Of a stretch of DNA of 64,000 bases, positions 49,701 to 61,975 are shown piece after piece. The notes below the pieces were generated by a model that worked only from the letters and a program-made list of their open reading frames with translations, did no database searches and had not been told where the DNA came from. Position 1 is the stretch's first letter, and every line of letters starts with the position of its first letter. The stretch is from Antedon mediterranea (taxonomy: Eukaryota > Animalia > Echinodermata), in the NCBI RefSeq assembly GCF_964355755.1, contig NC_092676.1, positions 14,960,871 through 15,024,870 on the forward strand. The letters are read 5' to 3'. Both the position numbers and the translations under genes were made by a program.

Positions 49701-52374
49701 AAGACTGAGCTGCTGGAGTAATGCATCAAAATACAATTGTCTTCATTAACATGAATTTGCTTACAGATTAGCACTTCAGACTGGGAAGCCATTGCGAGTT
49801 CTAGGGTGGTATCATTCGCACCCTCATATTACTGTTTGGCCTTCACATGTTGGCAAGTTTTCATTCTTTTTTATTTCAATGCTGAACATAATAGTTAGCT
49901 AAACAGATTTTTTTTACTTTCGAGTTCCTTTGAACAGGCCCATTGATATACCAGGTATTTTTAGCATTACTGTTAATTCAGCAAAGGATAACCAAACAAT
50001 GAATATTGTTTTACTAGAAATATCAAACGTTTTTCAAAATGGTGTCTGATTACACAACTATTTAATTTAAATTATGTGCTCGGTTAGATTAGATGTAAAA
50101 TGTATTAGTCTGTTACAGTATACCAAAAAAAAACCATCATCGGATCTAGAAAACTAAGACCTAAGGTATCTTAGTTTTCTAGATCTAGAAAACTAAGATA
50201 TCTTAGGTCTTAGTTTTCTAGACACTCCAGAAAATCTGCCTACTGTAATTTTCTTTTTACATTTTTATGTTTTGTTGTCACAAATTTAACAGATGTTCGA
50301 ACTCAAGCTATGTATCAAATGATGGATGAGGGATTTGTTGGATTAATTTTCTCTTGTTTTCATGATGACAAAACCAATAATTTGGGACATGTTACAGTCA
50401 CCTGTTTCCAATCTACCAATCAAAGCCCTGAGGGTGAACCCCCAATGTAAGCCTTTTCTCTTACTTATTTTTTTTTTATAATTTACTTGTGCCTGATCGT
50501 CTGTAGTGTTACCCCTAAAAGTGTAGGCCTACCTTCTGATCTATCAAAACTACTGTAAGGCCAGACATAGACCTCAGGCTTATTGTATTGTTTGTAGAGA
50601 AAATTTAACCAGTTATTGAAAAGAAAGAAAGACATTTTGGTTAATTTTTTCACACAATTATTATGTTTTGTTTTTTTCGGAAATAGACCATCTGACCACA
50701 ATTTAGGTGACACTTCAGCTGTAAAGCTGCTTTATTGATGAAATAGCAGTGTTTAAGGGCTGTGCTAAAACACATCATTGACAGACAGCTTTTGTATAAA
50801 TTACAGGTATGAAAGACTTGAAATACCATTTCATATAGTACGAAATGAGAGTATTAATGAGCCATGTCTTAATGCTTTGATCCAACTACCAAGAATATTA
50901 CATGATGAGGAGGAGGATGCATATAATCAGTCCCAGCTAGTAAAAAGCAACCATTTGGAAGTACATAATAGAGCAGGTATGCAATATAAGGACTGTATAA
51001 AGCTATATTTGTAGTTATTCAAATATTCAGCATGGTGTATATATAGACATTAGGGAGGTTTCGCAACGCTATGAATATGATAGCGTCACACATTTGGTAA
51101 ACTTTTGAGCTGATCCCCATTTCATATTCGTAAAGCGTATTCATGTTTGCTAATATCACTAATCATAAGTACAAAACGTATAGTTTTTGGTCTATTTCGC
51201 ATTGAATCAAGAATGATTATGATTATAATATAAACATAGATAATTTATTAAAAGATCTACTAAAAATGCAATTTTGATAAATAGCAGTGTTTAAAGTCTG
51301 CACTCGCTCTGACGTTACACTACAATAGGCCTGCCTGTACTTGCACAATTTACCGCAGTCCTATTTTGAATGGCGCCCTCAATGTTATGTTGCCATGCGA
51401 AACTATGTGTTACTGGCTTATGAAAACGAACACGTTTTTGTGATGTATCTGTTTTCGTTATCGTATCCGCAAGGTTACAAAACCTCTGTCTTGCGTACAC
51501 TGTATACCAACATAATGGGTATAGTCATTACATAAAGGGTGTAATTCTAAATGTTGGTTTGAAAACCAGCCAATTTACAGATCTAAAACCTTTAAACCAA
51601 TTTTTTTTCAATTTGAGTTCCTCTTTTTATCTCTTTGTGAGGTGAATTGGATAAAACAAAAAAAAGAAAAGCTTCAAGTTTCTGAAATCTCAAAATTTAC
51701 ATTTAAATACCAGTCTTTATAATGCATATCTAATTTCTGTGTTATGTTGAAGAAATGGATCAATTAAACGAGGGGAACATGGTGTGTGACAATCGGATTC
51801 TAAATGATGTACACAATAGTGCAGGTAATGTAAAATCAGATGGCAGTTAATTTTAATACAAAAGTCAGTGGATTTTGTAGCCTGTTCTCAAGATCTACAA
51901 AATACTCCAGTGCTGTAAAAAGCTAATCCCTTAGTTGTCTGCTGACATAGGGTATTTCTAAAATTGTAATATTTAATTCCCTTTATTTCAATGGACAGTT
52001 TTATTTGCCGTTTGTGACCATCCAACAAAAATAAAGGAAATTTCTCTGTCACTATGTTTCAAGAAACAGTAATTCAGGCTTTAATCAGGATTAATGGTCT
52101 CCCATTAATTCATTGATAACCAATCTTTATTCTAAATTCCTCAGACCATTTGTGTGACTTACTATAAAAATGTGGTTAAAAATAGGTTATTCATACATTT
52201 TTTTTGTATTTCTTTTACAAATATTTAGTATTTACCAAATCTGTATGTCACCAGCTTGAAGTTTTAACTGGACCTCTTATGCAGTGTCTTCAAAGTCGTT
52301 TGGAAAAAAACAAACATATATTGGAATCATTGAATAAAGAAAAGGAAAGCATTCTTCAGCAACTTTCAAGCTAA
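46702..52374 (+). CDS. BRCC3: Lys-63-specific deubiquitinase BRCC36 (JAMM/MPN+), about 260 aa
   Basis: Exons 46702-46806 (HALSTEREEIMGLCIGE), 48199-48318 (LRRSDKRKDRVEISPEQL), 49765-49852 (GWYHSHPHITVWPSHV), 50293-50446 (DVRTQAMYQMMDEGFVGLIFSCF), 50807-50976 and 52229-52374 (VFTKSVC..coiled coil, TAA). Total 783 nt in frame; JAMM HxH..S..D intact. Confidence 0.95.
46905..48095 (-). mobile_element. Diverged Helitron of the 14349-15792 family, with internal duplication, in BRCC36 intron 1
   Basis: Ends in CGATTTACCGAATTTTGCCCTTACGTAAATTTATATATAGA like the other copies. About 47145-47560 is duplicated at about 47567-47935. Confidence 0.75.
48319..49764 (+). other. U12-type (minor spliceosome) AT-AC intron
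   Basis: 5' end ATATCCTTT; branch-site-like TTCATTAAC at 49742-49750; 3' end TTAC. Splicing restores SQAE|RLALQTG, matching BRCC36 AE-RLA. Confidence 0.9.
48359..49393. repeat. Minisatellite, 57-bp unit, about 18 near-identical copies, inside the U12 intron
   Basis: Unit ACAGCATTATATACACAGTTAACTACACATACCCTCTAGTCCCCCTCTAGTAGTTAT; period 57 (48361 to 48418). Confidence 0.97.
50145..50222. repeat. 78-bp spacerless near-perfect palindrome
   Basis: TCTAGAAAACTAAGA occurs four times in alternating orientation; one mismatched pair across the axis at 50183/50184. Confidence 0.9.
51753..51824 (+). CDS. Candidate in-frame cassette exon of BRCC36
   Basis: AAG acceptor, CAG|GTAATG donor, 72 nt, phase 1-1 like the host intron, no stop: (E)MDQLNEGNMVCDNRILNDVHNSA. 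Confidence 0.5.
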
Positions 52375-55300
52375 AAATAACATTCAAAATTCTTTAGAAT
52401 AATATGGTTTATTCAAGGCTGTCATTAAATCTTCTTATATTATTTGAATGTTATTTTTACAGCACTTTTACCTTATAATAAAAAAAATAGGATAATTCCA
52501 AAAAAGACATTGGGAATTCAACATTTAAATCTACTGTATCATTTTCAAGAATCTGATTGACAAGACAAATTGTTGGAAAAGAACGCAATGTTAAAGATTT
52601 TTAAAGTGGTCGGAGACATGACTATAAAGTATACATTGTGGTTAGGAAAGTTGGTTTGATTGGTAATCATGTTAGCAAAGTTGCAGTAGGCCTATATAAT
52701 ATGTAATTCTGGTTGAGGAGTTAGTAAACAAGGAAGTAATGAAGTTTTGAGTGTGGTTATTTGAGAAACCAAGGAGAAAGACAAGTTAGACAGTATGCTA
52801 TTGCCATTTTACTTTTTTGCTAAATAAAAAAGTATTATATATAAAAAGAGGGCAACAACATTATTTTTTAATAGATTTTTGAACAAATAATTTCATGAAA
52901 ATTGTTTGAAAATTTTCTTTTTTCATAGAATGAAATTATTTGTTCCATTGCATGAATATAAACACATGCATTATTGTTTGGTAACATACCTACTTTTAAC
53001 AAGGGCCTAAACCATTCGAAATGACAGAACTTGGACGCGAAGTAGAACTATTATACGGCACACCCTATAGGTTGATCGAACGTGGTCAGTCACTGTGTAA
53101 TAAATGATATGAACGTCCAAAACGAAATCACATATAATAACATTGCACTATCGATGATTGCAGTAGAACATTTATTAATATCATTAGATTAACAATCTTG
53201 TTATCAAATAACCAAATGTTATAAAACAAAATAAAAGACTGAAAAAGCATTTTGCCTACATTATGTGTCTTTATTCATTAATCAAGGTTATAAAATTCAT
53301 ACATCATGAATTAAATAAAATAATCAATACAATATAAACAATTGTGCAATTGAACAGACATAGATCACAAGACCAAGACAAGTTGGGTCCTCTAAATATA
53401 CTGAAACATTGCACACACAAATCTAAAAATAACATTTCAAAAAGTCTGCAAAAATAGTAAGTAAGTTAAGTTTAAATCATTACGAATTAAGCATTTATAA
53501 AAAAAAATCTGTGTATAAACTAATAGTAGATTTAATCATAAATCATTTATTCATAAAACATCTTCTTCATAAAATAATAATAATTGTGGTCCACAAAATG
53601 TTCTAGTGAAATCTTTAGTAGTTTATAGTAACATATCTATCCCAAAAGGATATTATTCGCAAAAGCCTTGCGTATCAAAGTTTTATTTTTAAATTAATCC
53701 CATTTAGACCTGTTTAGTTTACATCGAAAAGGCAATGTTATGAAATTGTTACTGTAACAGAAGTGTATCATTTATTATAATATTATTAATCAAGATCAGT
53801 ATGCAACAGGAAAAAAAACTGACATCATTATCGTCGTCGTCATCATCAAGCCGTACTTTTTTGTAGATTCTTGTTACACATATGTAATAGAATTAAGAGG
53901 ATTCATCATTGCCATGCAATACTTCATATCCGGTAGGCCTACACCAAACTACAAAATAAATTGTAAAATACATCGGAAAGCTGCATATGGAATATAAACA
54001 GCGATATGAAGATGTCACATGGAGGTTTGGAGTTATAAAGGCCATGTTACACGGGCGGAAAATGCGTAGCTTGTCCCACGTACAGTAAAATCTGTATCTA
54101 TCCTCAGCGAAAACCGCCCTTTTGCTTCTCGCTTTGTGTAAATTGTCATAATATAAGGAATTCTATATTTTTTATTACCGTTACCGCTCGTCGTCTGTGT
54201 AAATTGGCATTAAGGCTGAGGCATGAAGTCTATAATTATGATAATAAAAATGTATGGCTTACATAGGAGTTAAAGTAATTGTCTTTACTAAATTCAATAA
54301 GCATAATCACAGAAAATGTAGATAGATTTTCACAATAATGTCAGTGCACATGAGAACACACATGATTTTCAATTGAAAGTGAATAGTAGACATTGGTAAA
54401 TGGGGGTAAAACAAACCTATTCTGTTCATCTTTCCAAGGCCATAGAAGAACCAGGAGAAGAACTGAGAATAACATAAAATACAATCATTTTTTAAAAATA
54501 AAGTACTGTATTTTTTATATATGAAAAACAAAGTTCATCAATTGCCAGCATTTTAACAGCAGAAACAATTATTGAGACATTTACACACAATTTTAATTTT
54601 TTTTGTGGCTATTGAGATTATCATTGAATTATTGTTTTAAACAATTTTAACAATTATTTTTCTTTTAAATTAAAATGACTTGTAGTATATACTTAATAGG
54701 CCTTTAAGAATACTAGGTTTGCGTAAAAATAAGGTAGGTAGGTAGGTATTTTTTAATGTATTTGTTAATGAGATATTTAAATAAAGGAAAACAATACTTG
54801 TATATGGCACTTTTTTTCATCCCTTAAGACATCAGTATCAATATATGTTTTCCCTTCTTCAATTACATAGATAATCGGCCAGGGTAGAGGTACACCAATA
54901 TTAACTTTTAGGCTTTCTGGTAGAGCAAATTTTAATAATTTTCAGCATAAAAAGAAAATCACAAACGTTACGGTCTTACTAAACACCACCAGATACCTGC
55001 CAGACCAACAAATCCTACCACCAGAGATCAGCCACCTGCTTGGAATTGATTATTAATGGTATATTACAAATTTCAAAGTCTAATTCTGTCAGATAAAATT
55101 GAAGTGAAAAGTTGAATTTCTCGCAGTCACAATCCCAGAATCGAATGCCTTTTATCATCCTATATAACGAAACGAACGCGTTCAACCGTGTCTCTTGTGT
55201 ATTGTATACTGGTCAACTGTAAGACACTATCGATGCTTTTTTGTTACTAGGTCAGTCACATAAAAAAATACACTAATCGATTGCGCGATTTCTTTCATTT

Positions 55301-56196
55301 GTCATGTTTTTATCATGTTTCGTATGGCAAAAACGGTAACGATATCATAACAAGTAACATACAGGTACATAATGAAAGTAAACATGCAAGTTCATCAATG
55401 GTTTCAGGTACTTTTAATGCCAACAATTAGGTGCTAATTTAATCAAACGGCAACCATTTGATTTCTGCGGCAAATAGCGTAATTTAACAAATTTGCGGTC
55501 AATTTTCCGTAAAATTCTAAGAAATCGGGATTTTCTTTAATGATTCTTTCCTTTTATTTAGTAACATCGACATTTATTGGAAATCATGTTCGTCTTCGCA
55601 TCCAATTAAACCTTGTTTTGCTAAAATAGCCTTCATTCATTAATTTTTGTTTGCTTCATTTTCTTTTGTACCAATTTTTTAAGGATGTCTTCGTACATTT
55701 TTATTTTTCTAACTATACTGCGTGGTCCGAAAATAAACAAAAAACTAAAATAGCTATTTCCACCAACGGCAAACGTAGTTGAAACCAAGAAGATGCAAGA
55801 TGATGACTCAACGTGAACCCGTACATTACTTCTACCGCGTACGGTTGAAAATCTACCGATGAAATCAGAAATTTTGTTTTAAAACCCTTTATAACATTAC
55901 TTCCTAAGATAGAAATATGGAACAATATCGTAATAGTGAGAACTAATGTTATCAAATCTACGTTTCGCGGTACATCCGAGGTAGATGAGGTAGATATCCA
56001 AGGCGGAGATTTGTCCCGAGGTTTTTCCATTGTGCTCGCCTATGTCAGAATTAAGCACAATTTACCATCACTAAAGGAAGTGTAGACGATGGTTCTCGGA
56101 ATGATAATGACTCGAGTAAAAGGATTTAGAAGGACGTTCTGGCTTGGACGTTTTCGGTCGGTTACCATTATTAAAATGCTTGATATTCGTAAAACT

Positions 56197-58473
56197 AACT
56201 CTCTATTGTCCACCCAATCTGTTAAAGTCGAGTGGAATGTGTACTCGAACACTACGATCAACATCAGTCGCAACAAATCTCTATTGTCCACCCAGTCTGT
56301 TAAAGTCGAGTGCAACGTGTACTCTCGAATACTACGATCAACATCAGACGCAACCAATCTATGTTGTCCCATGGAGGGTTCCTCCATGGTTGTCCGCCCA
56401 GTCTGTTAAAGTCGAATGCAACGTGTACTCGAACACTAGGATCAACATCAGACGCAACCAATCTCTGTTGTCCGCCCAGTCTGTTAAAGTCGAGTGGAAC
56501 GTGTACTCGAACACTACTATCACCACCAGACGCAATCGATCTCTTTCCACCCAGTCTGTTAAAGTCTAATGCAACGTGTAGGGCCTACTCGAACACTACC
56601 GATCAACATCAGACGTAACCAATCTCTGTTGTCCACCCAGTATGTTAAAGCCGAGTGCAACGTGTACTCGAACACTACGATCAACATCAGACGCAACCAA
56701 TCTCTATTGTCAACCCAGTCTGTTAAAGTCGAGTGCAACGTGTACTCGAACACTATGATCAACATCAGACGCAACAAATCTCTGTTGTCAACCCAGTCTG
56801 TTAAAGTCGAGTGCAACGTGTACTCGAACACTACGATCAACATCAGACGCAACCAATCTCTATTGTCAACCCAGTCTGTTAAAGTCGAGTGCAACGTGTA
56901 GGCCTACTCGAACACTACGATCAACATCAGACGCAACCAATCTCTATTGTCAACACAGTCTGTAAAAGTCGAATGCAACGTGTAGGCCTACTCGAACACT
57001 ATGATCAACATCAGACGCAACCAATCTCTATTATTGTCCACCCAGTCTGTTAAAGTCGAGTGCAACGTGTACTCGAACACTACGATCAACATCAGACGCA
57101 ACAAATCTCTGTTGTCCGCCCAGTCTGTTAAAGTCGAGTGGAACGTGTACTCGAACACTACGATCAACATCAGACGCAACCAATCTCTATTGTCCACCCA
57201 GTCTGTTAAAGTCGAGTGCAACGTGTAGGCCTACTCGAACACTATGATCAACATCACATCAGACGCAACCAATCTCTATTGTCCACCCAGTCTGTTAAAG
57301 TCGAGTGCAACGTGTAGGCCTACTCGAACACTATGATCAACATCAGACGCAACCAATCTCTATTGTCCACCCAGTCTGTAAAAGTCGAATGCAGCTTGTA
57401 CTCGAACACTATGATCAACATCAGACGCAACCAATCTCTATTGTCAACACAGTCTGTAAAAGTCGAATGCAACGTGTAGGCCTACTCGAACACTACGATC
57501 AACATCAGACGCAACCAATCTCTATTGTCCACCCAGTCTGTTAAAGCCGAGTGCAACGTGTACTCGAACACTACGATCAACATCAGATGCAACCAATCTC
57601 TATTGTCAACCCAGTCTGTTAAAGTCGAGTGCAACGTGTACTCGAACACTACGATCAACATCAGATGCAACCAATATCTATTATCCACCCAGTCTGTAAA
57701 AGTCGAATGCAACGTGTACTCGAACACTACGATCAACATCAGACGCCACCAATCTCTATTGTCCACCCAGTCTGTAAAAGTCGAATGCAACGTGTACTCG
57801 AACACTATTATCAACATCAGATGCAACAAATCTCTATTGTCAACCCAGTCTGTTAAAGTCGAGTGCAACGTGTACTCGAACACTACGATAAACATCAGAC
57901 GCAACCAATCTCTATTGTCCACCCAGTCTGTTAAAGTCGAGTTCTACGTGTACTCGAATACTACGATCACCATCAGACGCGCGCAACCAATCTCTATTGT
58001 CAACCTAGTCTGTTAAAGTCGAGTGGAACGTGTACTCGAACACTACGATAAACATCAGTCGCAACCAATCTATGTTGTCCACCCAGTCTGTTAAAGTCGA
58101 GTGGAACGTGTACTCGAACACTACGATCAACATCAGACGCAACCAATCTCTATTGTCAATCCAGTCTAAAGTCGAGTGCAACTACTATCACCACCAGACG
58201 CAATCTCTGTTGTCCACCCAGTATGTTAAAGTCGAGTGCAACGTGTACTCGAACACTACGATCAACATCAGTGGCAACCAATCTCTGTTGTCCACCCAGT
58301 CTGTTAAAGTCGAGTGCAACGTGTGCTCGAACACTACGATCAACATCAGACGCAACCAATCTCTATTGTCAACCCAGTCTGTTAAAGTCGAGTGCAACGT
58401 GTGCTCGAACACTACGATCAACATCAGACCAAACCAATCTCTGTTGCCCACCCTATCTGTTAAAGTCGAATGC
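56197..58473. repeat. Minisatellite, 78-bp unit, about 28 copies
   Basis: Unit CAACCAATCTCTATTGTCCACCCAGTCTGTTAAAGTCGAGTGCAACGTGTACTCGAACACTACGATCAACATCAGACG. Confidence 0.96.
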
Positions 58474-59419
58474 AAGTCCAATGTCGTCTGGAACAACATA
58501 CTGAATGTCCCCGGGTTTCCCCTGTCTACTTTAACCCGATTGGGTTATTTTACAAAATGGCTGCCACCTTGACAATATTTACCATATGTTGACAACTAGT
58601 AGGTGTAAGTAAACAATACGGTCAAAACAAGCATTTCTAGTCATTCTTACTGAAACTTTACCATTATTAGATTGAATATAAATAGACGTCTTTTGAGTAT
58701 TTTGACACCAAAATTGTTTGACTACATCCACTGGTTTGTCAACATATGGAAAAGTGGCAGTCACTTTGAAGCAGACCGGGTATTGAATAGTTTGAATACG
58801 TTTTCACAAAAAGGTCGATGATACCTACCGAGACCAGAACACAAACACAACGGACATAACCAATTGCTATTTAATTTTCCTGAAAGCAATAATACAGTAA
58901 TATTACAATGAATTAACAACAGTCATTAATGCTGTTAGTGCTTAAGAACGTACGTAAATAAGTCAAAATACTATTTAATTTTAAATCCTATTGTCTTTAT
59001 GGCTTATAATCAATTTTCTTTTGAGAATTGTGGAGGTGAGTTAGTTTAGGACAATAGTATATTTGGATACTGAAGTTCTTGTATGAAAACATTTGATATA
59101 CTGAGAATTGATTAATTAAATCTAAAACCGTAAATAGGTAAGAATGAAAAAAGCCGCCCAGTCGAGATTCGATCTCGGAAACTTCTGCTTGATGCAGATA
59201 TTCTAACCATTAGACCACTGGGGTTTTGATTGGATGGTGTAGTACGGCCGCGACTACAGTACTACATCTCAATCTTGTAGGCACGCGCAACATAGATCAA
59301 ATTGATACTCCCTCTCTGATACTTAAATGAACTAGTTGCGCAAGAACGCTTACGTCGATAACCTAAAGGAAAAGTAAGCAGTACATACTTCTTAATTTAA
59401 ATTCAATTAAAAGGACATT

Positions 59420-61305
59420 CACAAATATATTTTAATACGTCATAACTGCCTAATTGAGTTGTTTTTGCATCGACATCTATTTGGGAAAAATATTTTGATA
59501 ATTTGAATATTGATTGGAAGTCATGTTGGTTATCTAAAGTTTGTAAAATGAAAGATAAAAAATTAATCTATATATAAATTTACGTAAGGGCAAAATTCGG
59601 TAAATCGCGTGTTATTTCTAGAATGTTTACTCGATGGTATATAAAGTTGGTTCGTACTTTCGGTACTGATTTTAACCACCTGATATTATAACCCTGTTTA
59701 CTAATTAAATTGAGTTCGATAATTAGTTATTGACGATTAAAACGAATTTAGGTTCAACGATTTGCCCCAAATAAGGGTGTTTTTCGATCGCGGTATACAC
59801 TGTCTAATGGATGTCCGTCTTGAAAAATACCCGCAGACAATAATACGAGGATGCTTCGCATTTTCCTATCTCCTCCTACGATAATTGTTTTTAATGGCTG
59901 AAAACCGGTTGAACAGCTCGAGTACAGCATCATAATGTTGAAGACAGGCCGATTTTTTTTAAAAAATACTATTTTGATAGATTTAATATACGTTTATACA
60001 AATGTATTGATTTGCGATGAATGGAACATTCCAATCTCTGTTCCACAAGTGTCTATTCCCTCAGGCGTCGTAAAGGCAAGTACTGTATACTCATAACAGA
60101 AATTCGATCCATTTTTTTTCGTTACTAAATGGATAAAGAATATATTTAAAAATTGTTCTTCTTTGCACCCATCCTCTTCCCCATCCCTCAACCCTAATGT
60201 TACATACAAAACACAAATTAAGTTTGTTTAAATTTGACTTAAACAATGTGTCTCATTTTGTGACAAGTTTCTCTTTCGGAAGTAATTCCCAGGGTGCTAA
60301 TTTTAGTTGAGTACATAAATCACAGTGTCTATTTATTCGTTCCTGTAAACGACATGTATTATTGTCCTGTGGCGGTACGTACATTTGAAATCGCCAGTTC
60401 TTTAACGCTGAAATTATTATGTGTTCGAGAACCATCTGTGGGCACGACCTAGATGGTACGCGAGCGAAGCGAGCGTACCATCTAGTACACTTTAATTACA
60501 AACTGGTAAATAGAATTTTAGCAACAAACAAAAGGTTGTTTATCTGGAAACTAAAAGATACTAATATATGTGGTAGATGTGGAGCGGTACAAGATGAGGA
60601 GCATATGTTTTTTACTTGTAAATTTATTCAAAGTTTTTGGAAAAAAATAGAGATTGTTTTAAAAGGTACCAATCATATAAACATATCTTTTCAAAATCTG
60701 GTAATTGGAACAAGAAATATTCTTACTGATTTTATATATACATTTGCTTTCACGGTTTATAAACAAAAGATACTGGCTGATGTTACAAATAAAAGTTATT
60801 TTAATTTATGGAAATGTTTTAAACAAGGAATTCTATTCAGAATGGAATGTGATATAGTGTATAAAAGAGAGGAAAGCATAAAAAAAATGGGAAAAAGTAA
60901 AAAATATTATTTTAGCAATGTAAAAATGTATAATTGTTAAACAATACAGGCTAAAAACACGAGAAAATATTATTACGACACAATACTTAATGTTCTTGTA
61001 TGTTTTTTTACCTTACTAGTTTTATTTACTGGTGGTATATGAGTTACAGTATATTTTATTTTGTGATGATCTAATGGCAATTGTGAACCTAAATTATGTG
61101 ATGTATATTTTTATATAACTTTTGTCTATTTTTTAAATGCGTTAACTTTTTATATATGTAAAATACTCAAAATAAGAAAAACAAAACAAAAACTATAAGC
61201 TGCAGAGATAGTTTTCTACTACTGATACAAAATTGATATAGATTACTGTAACAATTGTAAAGAATGAAATAAAAGTGAGTGAATCTCACAAAAGACAAAA
61301 AAAAA
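59420..61305 (+). mobile_element. L1/Tx1-type LINE 3' fragment (C-terminal Cys-rich domain, 3' UTR, A-rich tail) interrupted by a Helitron
   Basis: IWEKYFDNLNIDWKSCW..KDKKL(I)HFNYKLVNRILATNKRL..CGRCGAVQDEEHMFFTC..FWKKI. AATAAA and A-run at about 61269-61305. Confidence 0.85.
59567..60485 (+). mobile_element. Non-autonomous Helitron inserted between A and T
   Basis: 5' TCTATATATAAA; 3' hairpin CTAGATGGTACGC-GAGCGAAGCGA-GCGTACCATCTAG; no TSD. Removal restores the LINE reading frame. Confidence 0.92.
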
Positions 61306-61874
61306 TCTATTTGGCCTACTCTAAAACCATAGGTAACATTCTGTCGGAAACGGATTCATGATCTCTTAAGATGATTTTAACTAGGCGAAATTGTTTGCGC
61401 AAATTGAAAACGTCAATCAATCAAACAATCAAGTTTACATTTATTTCATTCAAATCAAAATAACAATGAAAAAACATTTCTTTGAATATACAAATAGTTT
61501 ATGAAATTAAAACAGACTGGAAAAGAAAGAAGTGTCTAAAAAATGATAATAAATTTCTTATAGTTTTGAAAGTGGCAAAGTCCCAAAAAGTAAAATAAAA
61601 AGGTAAAACCAAGAGAAACCAGGCCATAAATATTAGTAATAGCTTATAGTTATACGCATGCGTAGAGAGGGATTTGAAAGAGAGAAACGCATGGATTACG
61701 CTTACGATTCGCATAGAGAAAAATCGGCTATATGCATGCGTATGTTTCCATCTTCCGAATCCATCTCTTAAGCCTATTTTCCACTAGGCGAATTTGTTCA
61801 CGCGAATCCAACGTTTCGAAGAGAAAAAAATCGCCTACTATCCACATGGATGAGCGAATAGTACGTTCATGTTC

Positions 61875-61975
61875 CAGGCCCGTAACCAGGGGGGGGGGGG
61901 GAATCGGGGGATCGTACGATCCCCCCCCCCCCCCCGCTGAACAGCGAGTTCCGCTTGGCCTCCCCCTTTTTTTGC
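61875..61975. mobile_element. Probable TIR-element end with G-run/C-run hairpin
   Basis: CAGGCCCGTAACCAG, then poly-G..GGGGGATCGTACGATCCCCC..poly-C. Matching other end not found in the window. Confidence 0.4.

Noticed and set aside
49765-49766. Canonical AG acceptor for BRCC36 intron 2
   Set aside because: No matching GT donor restores the frame or the conserved AE-RLA; the AT-AC solution does.
56040-58572. Intact repeat-protein gene
   Set aside because: Frequent frameshifting indels and stops among units, and ORFs on both strands; kept only as a weak pseudogene hypothesis.
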